The notes beneath the pieces are model-generated. The model had not been told where the DNA came from, did not search any database, and worked only from the letters and a program-made list of their open reading frames with translations. Below, one piece after another: positions 25,601-41,000 of a DNA stretch of 64,000 bases (its first letter is position 1; every line of letters starts with the position of its first letter). The stretch lies in assembly GCA_043228905.1 (NCBI GenBank), contig JBHGNT010000017.1, positions 14,818,001 through 14,882,000 on the forward strand, in the 5' to 3' direction. The position numbers and the translations under genes were made by a program. Source of the stretch: Azolla caroliniana (taxonomy: Eukaryota; Plantae; Polypodiophyta).

Positions 25601-28505
25601 AACATAACCTTAGATCCATCTGATTATACTTGAATCCGCAACGTCAGCTTATAAAGCACAGGCTTTACCGCTCTCCAACATTTATACATTTCATTTGTTA
25701 ATTAGGACTTTCTACTGCACATGTACAGGCCATGCTTTCACAGATTTAAAACTATTGGCTTGCTTTTTATTTGTTTATACTATGAAGGACATGCAAGGCT
25801 TGGTGAGCAAAGTAAACAAATCCATGATTGGCCCTTTGCCAAATATGTATTCAACTGCCTTGTAAGTCGACACCATTGCCTTATATAACAATGTTCTTTA
25901 CCATATTCTGGATAGAGGTGATCCTTGACCTTTGTCCTTTTACAGTAAGAATATGATAAAAAGCATGCTCCGGAAGAATCCAGAACATCGGCCAAGCGTG
26001 AGTCTAAGCGTCTCATCAAGTTCTTATTGGGTTTTGTTGAATTGCATGCTCAATCTGTTATTGTGAATTCTTTTCCTTTTCTTTGTGAATCTTTCAGGCT
26101 GCTGAACTACTCACACTCCCCCTTATAAAGCCATTTGTGGCTCAATGCCGACTGCGGAAAGGAGGGCATCACATGGGTGGAGATCCAGTGAGAACCATCC
26201 ATCATAACTTAAACCTTAGTGAGGAGATTACAGATCTTAGTGAAGATGCCAGTGATGGAGACAGCTATATCATGACTATAAATACTAGCCCCAAGAAAAG
26301 ACAGGATTATATAGACCATGCGGAATTAAGTAACATCGAGATGTGTGACTGGCCTATGTTTAACAAGGACATCAGTAAAGGCATGGAAAAGGGCCATTTG
26401 CTTAACAAACCTAGTCCCCCCTGTAATGAAGGCAATAAAAAGGAAACATGGTCTAATGAGATGGATAACTACTATAATAACATGGTCGGTACTTGGCCAA
26501 AAAAGGTTGAGAACACGAACAATGCTAAAGATAACGTGAATCATCTTGGAAAAGTAGTTGTTCAAGCCAAGGTTCCACAAGGAGGGGAAAGTAGATCAAT
26601 GACCAAAGGTGTCCCTCCAGCAGTCTCGACACCTCGCACCCCTAGAACACCTGAAAGAGTTGGCCCCTTACATCCACAAATTGATCCCACCAAAAAAATG
26701 CCATCAGATCGTATAACAGTAACCACCCCAAGGAATGGAGCAAGCCATCTGGTAATTAAGTCGGTACTCTTGCGTAATTTGCTAAATCTGCACTCTTTCA
26801 ATTGTATGTTATGTTGTCTTAACCCATGAACATACGAGCACAAGAAATCTTGTAGACATTATCCGATTAGGATTTTCACATTGTGGGTTAAGACCTAATA
26901 TTACGAGTTACTGTAGGTGAGGTGGAGCTCATAATGATGAACATTGTACAGAGAACATGTAGCTCATATTTCCCACAATAAGAGCATGATGGTGCTTTTG
27001 CCACACAGGAAAACCCTCAGACATGTTTCCAACATAGGAAAATGTTTCCCAAAAAAATTCCACATCTTTTTTTTTACTTAATAGGAACGTGTAAACTCTT
27101 TTCTCACTTAGGAAATTGTCTAAAACTTCTTGGATGTGTGTGTCTGCATATGTATAGTGCTAATACTCTATGAAAGTGTTGTTTTGGGCAGCTGAACATG
27201 TTGGGAAATTCACCACGGAATATAAGGTTCAAACTAGAATCAGACCTGGATGAAGACATGAGAGGGTCTAGAAGTTCTGCATCTAGGAAGCTGCATGGAG
27301 AGAACACAAGCACACCCACTACCCCTGTTTCAAGTAAAACACTCTCAAATGCTAGCATTACCTCAAGAAAGAAACAACCGTCTAATGTAGTACTCCATGG
27401 AACCGAATCTCCCAATATGTATCATCAACAACATCATTCACAACAGCAACTACGCCAACAAGAAGCTGTTTTAGATCAAACTAGAACCCCGACAAGCTAC
27501 AATAACAAAAGGGCTCTGTTCTCTAGAGGCCAAAGCATGCACGGAATCCATATCAATGATGATGAAGATGGGTACTTGGACCAATCACCAAGTCTACTAT
27601 CGAAGATGTCAAAATCCATTAGATCAGCTCAAGGTAGTGCATTCAAGGGAAAACAGTCACTCGATGTATCGGTGAACGCTCCAAGGTTGGATGTGATTAC
27701 AGACTTCAGTAGCATTGGGACTAGTGACAAACAGTACAAAATCACTCACAATGGGCTCTCATCAGGAGCTTCAACACCCATAAAGAGTGAGAGGTATGTG
27801 AGGGCAATGTATGATAATACCATGATGCCAACAAACATGGCTACTACTAGAACTATTCCTCCTTTGGATGTGAATGGTGATGGTGATGGCGACGAGGAGG
27901 GTGGGTGCATGCCATATCATGGGGGTAAGAGTAGCACCCATGAGAGAGGAGGCATCATCATGAACAACAAGCCTAATGGTATGCCATCCTGTGTAAGGTC
28001 TTCATTCAATGATGTGATACATGTGATTAGACATAGCACATTCCATCTTGGTGGGGCAGGGGAGGAGGAACAGGGGAGACCTCATGAAGGCCTCAATGGT
28101 GTCCCCACCACTTCCCATGCTGTCATTCATTCCTCAATCCCCAAAACCTCCTCAAATGAGCATCATGAAGAAGGAATCTCTACTAAATCTGCCTCTACAT
28201 TTGGTAGTAGCCCTAGGTTGCACCACCAGAGGAAGTCACCCCCTCCTACAGACAAGAATACATCATCATCATCATCACCATCACCATCACCATCATCATG
28301 TCTTCATCAAAGGGCTGATGCTTTTGAAGGGTTGCTGGAGTTGAGTGCCCAATTGCTTCAACAACAGAGGTACCAAGAGTTGGCCATTGTCTTGAAGCCA
28401 TTTGGAAGAGGTGGGGGGGCCTCCTCCTCCTTTAGGGACACTGCTCTGTTTCTATCCAAAAGCTTGAAGGGCATGGTGCTTCTTGGTGAGGACAATTTGA
28501 TGTAA
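22620..28505 (+). CDS. NEK: NIMA-related Ser/Thr kinase (NEK5/NEK6-like)
   Basis: Exons at about 22620-22717, 23524-23590, 23762-23827, 24161-24207, 24322-24367, 24473-24553, 24705-24747, 24852-24901, 25145-25226, 25337-25386, 25788-25861, 25946-25997, 26098-26751 and 27192-28505, all with GT-AG introns. Motifs [44 protein letters not shown] and the plant NEK C-terminal motif [33 protein letters not shown]. Confidence 0.95.
23147..23294. repeat. ~73-bp perfect tandem duplication in NEK intron 1
   Basis: TTTGGGTGGCTATGGTGTAGTCATAGACCTAGG...GGCAAGACTGAACT occurs twice. Confidence 0.95.
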
Positions 28506-31500
28506 CTTTTGGGCCCCCAACAAATAAAAACCACACACAAAAAAGCACAACACGAGAAGAATTTAAGCGAAGAAACCGAATGTTTTTCTTTAGTCTCGCG
28601 TTTCGATTCGGAAATCTTATTTTTGCGGATTCATCGTAGATATAGATTAGATGGGTATAAGCTCCAACTTTGGGATCGTTCGGATGATTGCCTAGTAGAG
28701 TAGCTCCAACACTACCACTGCCATATATAGCGAAGGTTCCAATGCGACAAAACAAACACCAGACACCCCAACTCTAGCTATATATATTGCTCTAATGGAG
28801 CTTTTTCGCATGATTGACCTTAGCAAATTGTTTTTCGTTCATATGTATTTGGTTTTTAAGCAGACGAGACATCGGAAACATTGTCATAGGCTTTTCGGGG
28901 TGCTCTAATCAAATCAATCTTTTGGAATTGCTGATTGTTTTACACCCTTCCTTTGTTTTCACATTGTTGTTGCAAGCCTAAGGCAACACTCATCATGCCA
29001 AGCCTCGAGAGTTTAAATTGCACAAATTGCCCTCTCGTGATGTAGAAATTGGGGCAAGTTTGTGTTCTCGACAGGTTCTCTCCGCTTTTTTCCTTGTGTG
29101 GAAAGTGACCAATTTTTCTTGCTATGTGAACATTTAGATTTCAATAACATGTGTTCTTGTAGGAAGGCCAAACCAACAAACCTACGTGACCAAGCAATAG
29201 CTAGGTTATGTCATGGATGTGAGCGTATGATATCTTGAGTAACAAATTTGGAACTATTGTGGAAAGTCTTGAGGTTACTAAGGTTGCATTTTCAATGGGT
29301 TCATAACCATGTACATTAATAGATTCAACACGTTTTACTAACCAAAGTGTCAACACACAAACTAGCTAGTTGTGGCAAGGTTATGGGTTTGCATATGTAT
29401 TTGTGAATGAGACGCGTCATTTATGTAACAAAAAATGTCTTCCAAGTATAAAGGATACATAGTCTAAATAACCTGTACAAATTTTCACGCTCAACAAATG
29501 AAGGATAATGAGCCTCTTAATATGTATTGCTACTTAATATGATGTACATGACGATGCGGACTATGTTACCAACTTACAAGGAAACGAATATACACAAGTT
29601 GATACATGATAATTGGTATGGCCATATTAACCATTTTACTAAACCTTGTCAACAAATCTAGGGTACCAATTTTATATCCCAATCTCTCCAAAAAGAACAA
29701 AAAACTTATCTATCCATCTCAAACTTAGCACTAATATCATGCTTCTAGAAGAACAACACAATCTACAATTGTCACCACCCCTTTTAGTTTTATTCTTCAT
29801 GATTGACTATCATTAGTTTGTCGTATTTATCTGCACTTTTATCTATGTTAGGTATGTCGCACGCATATTTCGAGATCCTTTGTAAATAGTGAAGTTAATT
29901 TATGATGACTTCAGGTGTTCAATCTAGTGTCAATGTCATTCAAGGGGTTATATTGTAATGTCACCTCATCATTGTCCTTGATAGTTATATGTATATGGTA
30001 CTAGCTTACAAAGAGAGAGATCCCAACAAGATACGAAAAGTGTATACAAAGAGATGGTAGGTACTAGGTTACAATGAGATTGGCAAGTAAAATAGACCAG
30101 ACAATATATATATTCTTATCTCTGCTTATGAAAAACTTGTCCCTTGAACAATTTAAAAAAACAAACTCATATGCAACATCAAAACTTGGGTATTCAAATT
30201 TTAGATAGCACTAACTTTGCAATTATTGGTTTTTGAAAGAGTAATAGCATGCTTGTTCCTCTCCAAAAATGAAGAATATTCTTTCAAATTGGACATATTT
30301 CCAAAAGCTAAACATACTCAATTACAAAACATAATTATTGAGCACTCGAACATATTTACATCACTCAACACTAAAGACACATTTAAAATATTCTCCATCA
30401 TGTAAAAGTGTTTAGTAAAGCCTAGTTTAGATATCGTGTGAAACATGTCATTTAAAAGAATTAAAAAAGTAAGTGGATCCACACCACTACACTCTTCGTA
30501 GTGATCCATGCATAATCACTATTTAATCTAAAGATCCCTTTGGAAAGTCCGAATTGTTCTTAGAAACTTTGTGTTGTTTCAAGCGTTTTGATGGTCTCGA
30601 TATGAAACTTTATTGGGGTCTTTAATTCACTAAATAAAGGAAGCTCTTGAATGGGGTGGTTCACATGTTTCATGTTAGTTCATGTACATGATGTTTGGAA
30701 GTGATATCCAAGAAGCACTTGAAAGGGCTTGTTCAAATGTTTTATGGGCAATTCAAATGTTTTATGGGTAGTTTTGGCATGTTTGGATGATCGAATTGGT
30801 TGCAATAACTATGAACCACTCAAATTGTTGATTTGCATGTAATAATGTTGTGATAGTTTGTGTGCATGATGCTCACGCATAACAATGTTGTGATAGTTTA
30901 TGGACATGATGTTTAGATTATGCATAAGTACTAACAATTAAGGAGTTCATGAATGGTTAGTTTACATGTTTCAAGGTTGCTCGTGTTCACGAAGATGTTT
31001 CCATTATTATTTGTCTTTTTGCTTTCATAAAGCCTTGTACAATTCTCTTAATACATCTTTTCCAAACAAAAGAAGAAGTTATTGAATTGTGTAGCTACTT
31101 TTGTTTGTTCAAGTGTTTTGTGGTAGTTAGTGTACATGAAGTTTGGATTATTAAATGCTTGTAATAACTATGAAGCTCTCGAATCGTTTGCTCACATGCT
31201 TCATGGTAGTTTGCGTACAACATCTTCAATAGCTTGTTCATGCATGTTTCATGTAACGAAATGTTAAGCCATGTTTCGTAGCAATAACTAGAAGAACTAG
31301 GGAAGATGACTATTACTTTGAAGTAATAACTAATGAAGTTTCTCGTACATGTTTCAAGGTGTGTGCACATATGCGATATTTGGGCCACTAATTGGTATAT
31401 AGTAATAATTGGGAGTATCTTGAATGTTTTTCAGTGTTCACAGTTTGATAAGTTGCTTTTCATGTGTTTTAATTGTGTCTCGAGTTGTTCATGTCTTTCT

Positions 31501-32148
31501 CCATTCTCCTACAAGTAATTTAGAAGTTGTTTAGATGGTCTTCTACATAGATCTTCGAAATTGTAAATGTGTCTCTATGATTACGAGTACACTAAAAATT
31601 GTTTTGCCATGCATTCTAAATGCCAACATATTAAGATTTATTGTCAATTCTGATATTGGCTATTTATTTCTAGCACACATGTCTTCCAGTTGCGTTACAC
31701 CTTTGCATTGAACTTGTCCTTCTGAGGCATTGAATGCTATCTTGAATTATTTGTTCTCATGTGTGGTTTTGTGTACATGGTCTCTTTAACAGTTTGTTTG
31801 CTTGTTTCTTATGGTTAGGAATCTTATGTTGATTGATCGGTGGTCTAGAACAAATTGAATGCTTGCTTGAATGTTTGTTTGAAGTGTTTACCTAGATAAA
31901 TTGAATGCTTGTTTGCATTGTTTGTTCACATGTGTGATTTTATCAACTTTGTCCCATTAATTCTTTCTTCATGTGCTTTTGTGGTTGGGATTCAAAAGCC
32001 CATTGTACAACAAATTGAAGGATCACTTGCATTCTTGTTTAGGTGTTTCTATGTGGATAAATTTAATGTTTGTTTAGGTGTGTGGATTAATCAACAAGGT
32101 CCATTTAATTGTTTGTTCATGTATTGAAGACACTTACAATTCTTCTTT

Positions 32149-32422
32149 GGGAAAAGTACCAGGATAGCCTTGGAAGTTCCTCTATTTACCAGAATGCCCC
32201 TAGAAGTTCCAAATTTACCAAACTACCCCTATGTCCAAAAAAATTACACTTTATAAAGTAATTATATACTCAAATCTTTGGTAAATAGGGCTTGTAGATT
32301 TGAGTGTATAATTACTTTATAAAGTGTAATTTTTTGGACATAGGGGTAGTTTGGTAAATTTGGAACTTCCAGGGCATTCTGGTAAATAGACGAACTTCCA
32401 GGGGTATGTTGGTACTTTTCCC
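32149..32422. mobile_element. Mutator-like foldback MITE
   Basis: Near-perfect inverted arms of about 128 bp (GGGAAAAGTACCA...TGGTACTTTTCCC) with a ~18-nt loop. 9-bp TSD TTCTTCTTT/TTCTTTTTT. Confidence 0.9.
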
Positions 32423-35031
32423 TTCTTTTTTCAATTGTCCAATGGTCGAGATAAAATTTAATTCTTACTTGTAGATTTGTTTGGTTGTTTTTTTCTAGAT
32501 AAATTTAATGCTCACCAACATTGTTTGATCACATGTGTGGATTACTCTAGAAGATCGATCGAATTGTTTCTTCACATGATGCTTATGGTTAGGATTGTCA
32601 TACGGCTTGTTCGGTGATCTAGAACAAATTGAATTCTCACATGTTTGTCTAAGGGTTCTTATCTAGATGATGAATGCTTGCTTTCATTCTTTGTTCACAT
32701 ACTTTTATGTAGACAAATATTGAATGCTCCCTTGAGTTGTTAGCATTATCTTAACACAATTATATTGTTTTATCCGTGGAACTCCTGAAAAGTTGTTTTG
32801 TGAAGATTTTTTTTTTGGATACAACTTTGTAAGTGCTAGACTAAAAACATTACAAACTGCATATATTTTGCACAACATGTGAACCCGTAAATACATAAAT
32901 ACAATCGAGTATAATTTAAAATATGATGGCAAGGCACATAAGCAAATATACATCGATGATATCATTCAATGCAATCAATGGGAGTAACAATGACAAAGAC
33001 AATTTTAAAACCTAGTCATTTCAAAATCACCGATGGCTAGTGTTCTTTTATACTTGACTCGTTAAATGCTTGATTCACTATCTGAAGTTTGCACAAATAA
33101 TGTGTGTGTGTGTTAATGCACATGGGATTATTTGTAAATTGTTACCATGTTTTCAAGGTTAAACATTACAATTTTGGTTTGGAAATTGGCATTACTAATA
33201 AACATATTTAATTAGTCAATGCCTTACAATCCTCATGAATTGATTCTGTGTAAATTATGTCAAACTCTTGTATGGAGTGTAGATTAGAAATTTGTGATCA
33301 TACCTTGTTCTATATATGTCTATAACAATGCATTAAAGTAGACATAACTTGGCCATTTTCATAGTAAAAGTTATATTTGCACTTATGTTTTAACTCAGAT
33401 AATTTTTATTTGTTTGAGATTATATTCTCCCAAATTACCATTTTTACAACTCATTTTCAATGTAATCATGCATATGCCAAAGATAATATCCATTTTTGGG
33501 GTTGGGTTAAAATCGCAACATAATAATAGATAGAATAACGTCTTGATTTGGTGTTAAAATAATTGAATTTCAAATTATATTCGTTATGTTTCGCAATAAA
33601 GAGTAAAACTTGTTGCCTACCTATGATCTTATTCTTGATGTTATAAATGTACTCCATATACAGTCACATTCAGCGTTGAGCTCCAATTTGTCTTCCAAAT
33701 CTCATCCCTCTCTTTGTGGGTGGTTTCAGCATGTAGGTAAATTGAGGATGTGATGAAGGCTTTTACAATTCCATATTACCAAAGCTACCGAAATTGCCAT
33801 TTTTGGCCATTTCTGTTTGCTTTTTTAGCATAGTGACACCATTTCATGGCACGTTTAAACCATACCATGAATGATGAGGAAGCTGAGGGTATCAAGATAA
33901 TAATGGAGGGAAGCATGCCCCTGTTAACACATGCTAACTTCCATTATTTGCAACAACCCATATTCTTAACACCGACAGTGAGCATAGCTTCCCTAATATG
34001 TATATCCATAAATAACCTCATGGTTGTAGTTCTAGCAAATCTGCATGTAGGAATGTTGTACCCTAACATGTAACTAATCATCACACATAAGAATTGATGG
34101 TCATATTTCTTACTAGCACAAGCCCAACTATGCCTTGTTTGGGTGATGATGACTAGGACCTTGCATCTATCCACCTCCATGCATTTGTTACTGGCGAATG
34201 TTCAAAGACATCCATACCACACAGATTGATGGAATGCAGTTCCTCCACATTTTAATTTAGAACCAGTCTTAGAAGATCTTGGGTAGACAACTCAGCATGT
34301 GTTTAAGAGTGGAAACCCATCCACTCAAGTTAAATGCACAATTCAGCATGGTTGTCAATCAACTTATATTGTGGTTAACACTCCCTGCCGATGAAGCATC
34401 ACTCATTATAGGTTGTGATGATGCATATACATGCATCCCCACTGTAATACCATTCTAGGCAAGATCTTAGAGGCAAATGTAAGGTGAAATATATGATGCC
34501 AGGTTCCAAATATACAAAAAACCCTGCATTGGGTTTAGTTGTTCCACTAGCTTGGTTTTCATTTCATAGAATTACATGTATCTGTATTTACGAAGTAAAG
34601 AATCATAAAATTCAAATGTAGCAGACAATGCTTTATGATGTTTCCAACTGTGAGATGATAAAACAAGTCTTCAAGCTGAAAATCATTTCTTGACGTTTTG
34701 CCTTGATACATTCTTTTGGCTAGGCACACAAACAGCAATGCCTTATGGTAGGTAGCAATGAACCAGAGTTCCCAGTTAAAGTTATGTTTATTTTATGGAC
34801 GTATGGACAGTTCTCAACAAAAAGTAGTGTTATTCCTCAAAAAGCATGGACAAATATATTTCACGAAATGTGAGAATCATTAGAGGATGAGTGGAGAATT
34901 TTCAAATATTTACAAATGGTAGATTGAGAAGAAACAGCAGCGTACGCACCTTTTCATGCAAGATTTTTCGTGATTCTCTTATGAATATTTGAGTCCGAAG
35001 ATTTAAAAAAGGTTGCTTCACATTTTTTATC

Positions 35032-38000
35032 TTATTTTATCTTTTTCTCATCCTCAACTTTCACAAGACGGATGGGAACAACAGGTATACTATGCCAAAA
35101 CTCCCTCATTCTTCTCATGATGCGTTCCGTACTCTCTCGACGAAAGTATGTTTGTCGAGTGAATACCTCCCACAATACCAATAGAAACATTAGCTTGATC
35201 GGAAGAAACGCGAGACAAAATGCTAGGATTATGAGCCCTTTAACCACTTGATCGGTTGCCTGTAGCATTTAGAAATATTTGTGTTACTAAAAAAAACTTT
35301 GAGAAAAAACACAATAAACTCACACGCCATGATGAAACTGATGAAAAACGAAAGAGTGTGGAAATCCATCGTGTCCACAGCGAAGGCGCCGCAGAGCGAC
35401 CCGATTATTAGATACTTGAGACTTTATGTGCTAACGCACAATGGACTGCATTGTCTTCATTAGACATTCATGAATAAATAAATATAAATGTGATAATGTA
35501 AATTTAATAACCTTAAGATCATGACATATGGCTTCAAATCTCTCTTGTTTCATCATTTATGATGACCTCTTCCATCCTTTTAAGCACCCTAGAATTCCCA
35601 CCCTCACAATTCTCCCATGTCTAATTCAAGAGACTAAAGATTCTATATCTAGCTGAAACTCATTGCAAGGGATGATATCTTACAGAAGCTACTCTGTTAG
35701 ACATGAATAATCATGATGCCCTAATCACCCAGATTTCCACTTGTAAGCACACGCTAAAACAGATAGAAAACTAAGATGATCTTTTGCTGCCTTGATATGA
35801 AAGTTTGTTCTTGGCTACAACAATTTCGTTTGCTTTCGTCAATCATTTATAAATAACTCATACAAGGCACAGGTTCACATCCACAGAGACATTAGTTGAA
35901 TTTCCTTGTTTACAATAGCATTTCTTACCTTTGCCCTATGCATTATTTTCCTCAATGGACCTTTTTACTCATATCGTGGCAGATCCAATGCTGTATTATT
36001 TTTCCACGGATTATCTTAACTAAAGAGACATGTAAGCACCACTGATGATGGAAACTACTATAACATTCTTTCCCAGGCATTATCCATCTACTACAAGTAA
36101 TGGCTCGCTTTTGTCATGTGCCTTTTCAAAGATGTACAAGAACTAATGTATATATATATCCATAATTTGCATTAAATTCCATAAGATGGAACATTAACAT
36201 ACGTCAGGACTCCAAGGGAGAAGATAAGCGCTAAATTTTCCGCTCTTTTCAAGAAGTTATTGGACTGCCCAGCTTACATGATGGCCATCCAACATTGGGG
36301 GAAAAATAATAGATAATATACTATACAACACACTATTTGGATTATTGAGCCAAACACAGAAAACCTATATCTACATCCAAAATGGAAAACTTTTTCTCCC
36401 TCGAAATTTAAAGACCTTTGAAATCGATCAAAATCACAAGATTTACACAAAATAGCCGAGAAACATAATGGACTTTTGCTTCATTTTTTATGGAATGAGG
36501 TAGCGAGCTTGACAGATTTTATTTTGTTTACATGCTCAAACAAAACAATGTGAGGTATCAAGATAAATAAATCATTGCAGAGACGAACAAATTCGTATTC
36601 CCTCTTTTTGTGAGAAATACAATATTTCATTCACCGACATCTCAGGGAAGATACATTTCATGGTAAAATGTAAATGTAATTTTTGAATTGTAGCTGTTGA
36701 AGTTTAGATTTACCTGAGGTTGGGCTGAAAATAAGATAGCTCGGAGCTTCAAGAGGACAATATTTCCAGCCTGTAATAGGTCTTTTAATTCCGTTATACC
36801 TTGTTGCAGTGCTAGTAGCTGTTCAACAGCATTCGGTGTTGCAGGGGAAATAACTTTTATCTCTCCAGAGTTTCCACCGTGACCGTTTCTGAGCCATAGC
36901 ATGAACCCTGCCAACCATAAAAGGCAGACAGGGATAATATATCGAAGAAGATTCCTGTAAAGGCACAAAATGGGGTCAGAACAGGGGGAGGAGTTGGTTT
37001 ACCACTGTTGACATATGTAGAAGCTTAAATGAATGATTCAATATTGATTATCTTTTACCTAGTACATCTCAAAAAAACATTCTTAAACACACATATACAT
37101 ACTATATATCTATATGAATCCATGTGCTTCACAGCTTCATTCTTGAATATACATACTTAAACACAATGTAAGAGCAGATTATCAAAAAAGCTGAGGTTTT
37201 AAATGGCTCATCCCAAGACTGCAATGACTCAATCCACTCCAAAAAAGCACTTAGGGGCACCATCAACTCCTGGTAAAGAGACATCAAAATATTCATTCAT
37301 GTGACTCTTAATCCAGAAATGCATAAACTGAAACTGAAACTAAAGACACACCTTCATGACAGCCATGTTCACTTCGATCCCATCAACTTTCACGCCTTCA
37401 ATAGTGGACTGTGCAAGCTCCACTCGTTTTGAATTATCTCTCGAATGCATGACAGCTTTCTCAACAGGATTGAGATCACCAATTAAAAACTCTCCTACAG
37501 GGAATGCTGCATCCTCCGAGCCTGATGGTTTCTTTGAGGAACCAAAACCAGCTGCTGAAATGGCAGACAACCGGTGCTTTACAAAGTTCCCATTAATAGC
37601 ATTAGTACTTGAAGTATCTCCTGATTCAAAGTTTTGTGCCATAGCCTCCATTATACGATCCCCCCCAGGTAGCTCCTCGCCAGTCAAGAATGTAAGGAGG
37701 GCCTCTGGTTTAGAAGGTAAAGCATGATTCAAATCCCTTATTGTCCGAAGACGTGCGATGCCTAAAATGGCTCTTGACAATGCCTCAGATTTTCCTGCTT
37801 CGTCTAGCTGATATTTTCTTATGAATTGATGTGTACAAATAATCTCACGCGCGATTGCAAGCCAATAATCACGCCGTGCATGACCAGTGAACTCTGGAAA
37901 CTCAAATACAAGTGGTTCCAGGCTGTAAAACAAATGCACAGCAGTAAGTTCGAGTCACCACAAACATGATTAAACTTAAGCACACAGGATTAGATAAAAG

Positions 38001-41000
38001 ATTTCTTTTTTGTACAAAACGTGACTTTAATCAACTTACATAGCAGTTGACTTGCATGAAATAGATTTATCAAATAATCGTGCACCCCATGGACCACTGA
38101 GGTCAGGTTTTATGGTTTGACGGGAATTACCAGCTAGATCAAATCTTTTCGCCTTATCATAGGACACCACTCCGATGGATTCAAAATACAGCGCATGATC
38201 TGTAAGTGTTAACCGCCCTACCAACGTGGAACTTTCAAAATTAGTACACTCTGAGCCATAATTTTGATGCTTCAGTCTCATAATAATATAATTTCTACTT
38301 TTCACTATTCTCAAGCCTTTGTCCCACTATGCCTTCATTACTGTAACCAATAAGCACAGACTATTTTTCTCAATATTTTTACTTCTTTTCAAAATGATTG
38401 TTCCTGTGGTACGCACCAAGATGTTTTAACAGATATGATCAGTTATTAGACCAAAAAGTTGAATGATTATAGAATTATGCTAACATTTACCAGGCCATGT
38501 TGATACACCAATATGTTGAAGAACCGGTTGTGTAGTCACAGTACCATCGATCTCAACAACATTTTCTCCTTTGACCATCTCGAGCTTCAACAAATGTGCA
38601 GACGAAGACTGATTTTTCATTGCTTTGAGAGCCCTAAGAATGAAAGAAAACTGCATAGTTTCAGTATTTCAATATCCACCAGCTTAAAGTCAGTTCAAAT
38701 GTCAACCAAAAGCATCGAAACAAGCTCACTTCTCAAGTTCTCCAAGATACTTATCGTAGACTGAAAATGGAAGCCTTCCTTCAGTTGCAGCAGCCAATGC
38801 ATCAAATTGAACGTGTACTGTTACAGCGTCGGCAATGCCAGCAATAGCAGGCCCCAAACGGACAAATGCTTCCTTTCCAACTGTTCTCTCAGTGTCTACC
38901 TAACATATACATGTGTTCATTCATTATGAACTAAAGGGAATGTTCAAAACTTCAAGCATTTGAAAAATCTTCAGTGGACACCTTTATACATATAATGTGG
39001 ACATTCTTTTCAAAATAATCAGCATCTATAACGATATGTTTCAACAGTCAAGATCCAAAGAACTTCACTGCTCATATATGTGATCGCTTACTGTGAGACG
39101 ACGTGCATCTGCAACTATAATTTCTCAACATATAATGTGGTCATTCCTTTTAAAGTAATCTGCGTCTATAACTATGTGTATCAACAGTCAAGTTCCAAAG
39201 AACCTCACTGCTCATATTTACATAGAATGCGATCATCCATTATGAGTCGACAAGCATCTGCAACTATAAATTCTCAACATATAATGTGGTCACTCCTTAT
39301 GAAATAATAAATAGCTACAACTATATTTCCCATTTTTTCAAGCTCCTAAAAAACTTCATCGCACACCTTAATGCATACTGTGGTGACTCATTATGACGTA
39401 GTGAGCAACTGCAACTATATTTTCTCAAAACTCAAGCTCTGCGACCTTCATTTTCTGGTCACTTATGAATAAATACTGAGAATATTGCTATATTTCTCAA
39501 AACTTAACCTCTAAAGAACTACATCACTCACTTTTATTGCAGGTTTGTGTGATGCCCCCAGGTTTTCCCATGCCCGCATCATCTCAAACGTGAGCCGCCG
39601 GAATTCCTTACTTGATAAATAGTCTGTCACACCAGTAGCAACTGCAAGCGCTCTAAAGCAGAAATATTCCAACAGATTCTGAGAATATTTTGCTGAGGTT
39701 TTGGCAGACTCAGGAACTTCATCGTCAAACTGTTGTTGTAATTCATCAATTGAAGACAATAAAATCCTGGAAAAATCATCTACAAGTTGGAGATAAAAGT
39801 CCTCATAAGAAGCACCTATTATACGTAGCACTATAAAACAATACAATACATGTTTTTATGTGTAGGCATAATGATTTGCCAATCCTGGCACCAATATGTA
39901 TCGTTCATTTCTAATATAATCTTGTCATTCATATTAGAAAACAAAACCCTAGACGTGTCCTCTGATTTTAGAGATGCTCTAGCACATAACTAGAAGAATT
40001 TTTGTCCGCAAATTTGAGATGCATCTTAAGAACAAACTAATATAACACTACTATAGGCTCATGCCATTTCTCTAAAATTAGAGATGCTCTAATACATAAC
40101 AAGATATTGACTGAAAAATCTAGGACTATATGGGTTTTATTATAGTGGAAGTCAAAAAGAAACGGAAATTGCCTCATATCATATATATATACTGTGAATG
40201 AGAAAATTTATGTAAAACATAAGAGATTACTTTCCAAGAGGTGAAATAAAATAAACACTCCTTTGAAGCTCCACATTCATATGTTTATTTTGCTCTCCTA
40301 ACCAGAATTTTCAATGACTTTCAACGAATGAAACAGAGAGCTCTCTAAGGCAGGAGACACTAATGGAATCAACTAAACTTAAGCAAAACATATAACAATT
40401 TATTTAGAAAACAGATATACTTGGATGTCTGTTTCCTCAATTGATTAAAAAGAGAAAGCTCACCTTAGAATCAACCAAATTAAAATAAAAATGGATTGGT
40501 TGATTCAGATGCAAGAGACTTAGTTGGCAAACTCTGTTTTCCTCAATTGAATAAAGAAACAGAGATCTCTGAGGCAGAAAATACAGGCAATGAAGTGAAA
40601 TTAAGCCTAAATAAATAAAAATCAATAGTTTCAAAAAAAAGTGACTAGAAGTAACCAAATGTAAGCAATAAAAGAAAGATTGATTGATCGAAGGAGTGAG
40701 ACTAGAATTAGTCAAATGCACATTCAAGATAAGATCAGTAAATTGAAAGAAAATCTAGAATCATAATCATATTTTAGCCCAAAAAGGATGACTCAGTAAA
40801 GAAAAATACTACAATGAACCAAAATTAAGCCAAAAAATATCAATAAATTAAAGAAAAAGACTAGAGCAAACCAAATTTTAACAAAAAAATGATCAATTGG
40901 GTGAAGCAAGGAAATTACAAAATGTTAGCCCATAAAAAGATCAATAGATTGAAGAAATCAGAGAAACCAAACTTGAGAAAACCATAAGATTGAAGAAAAA

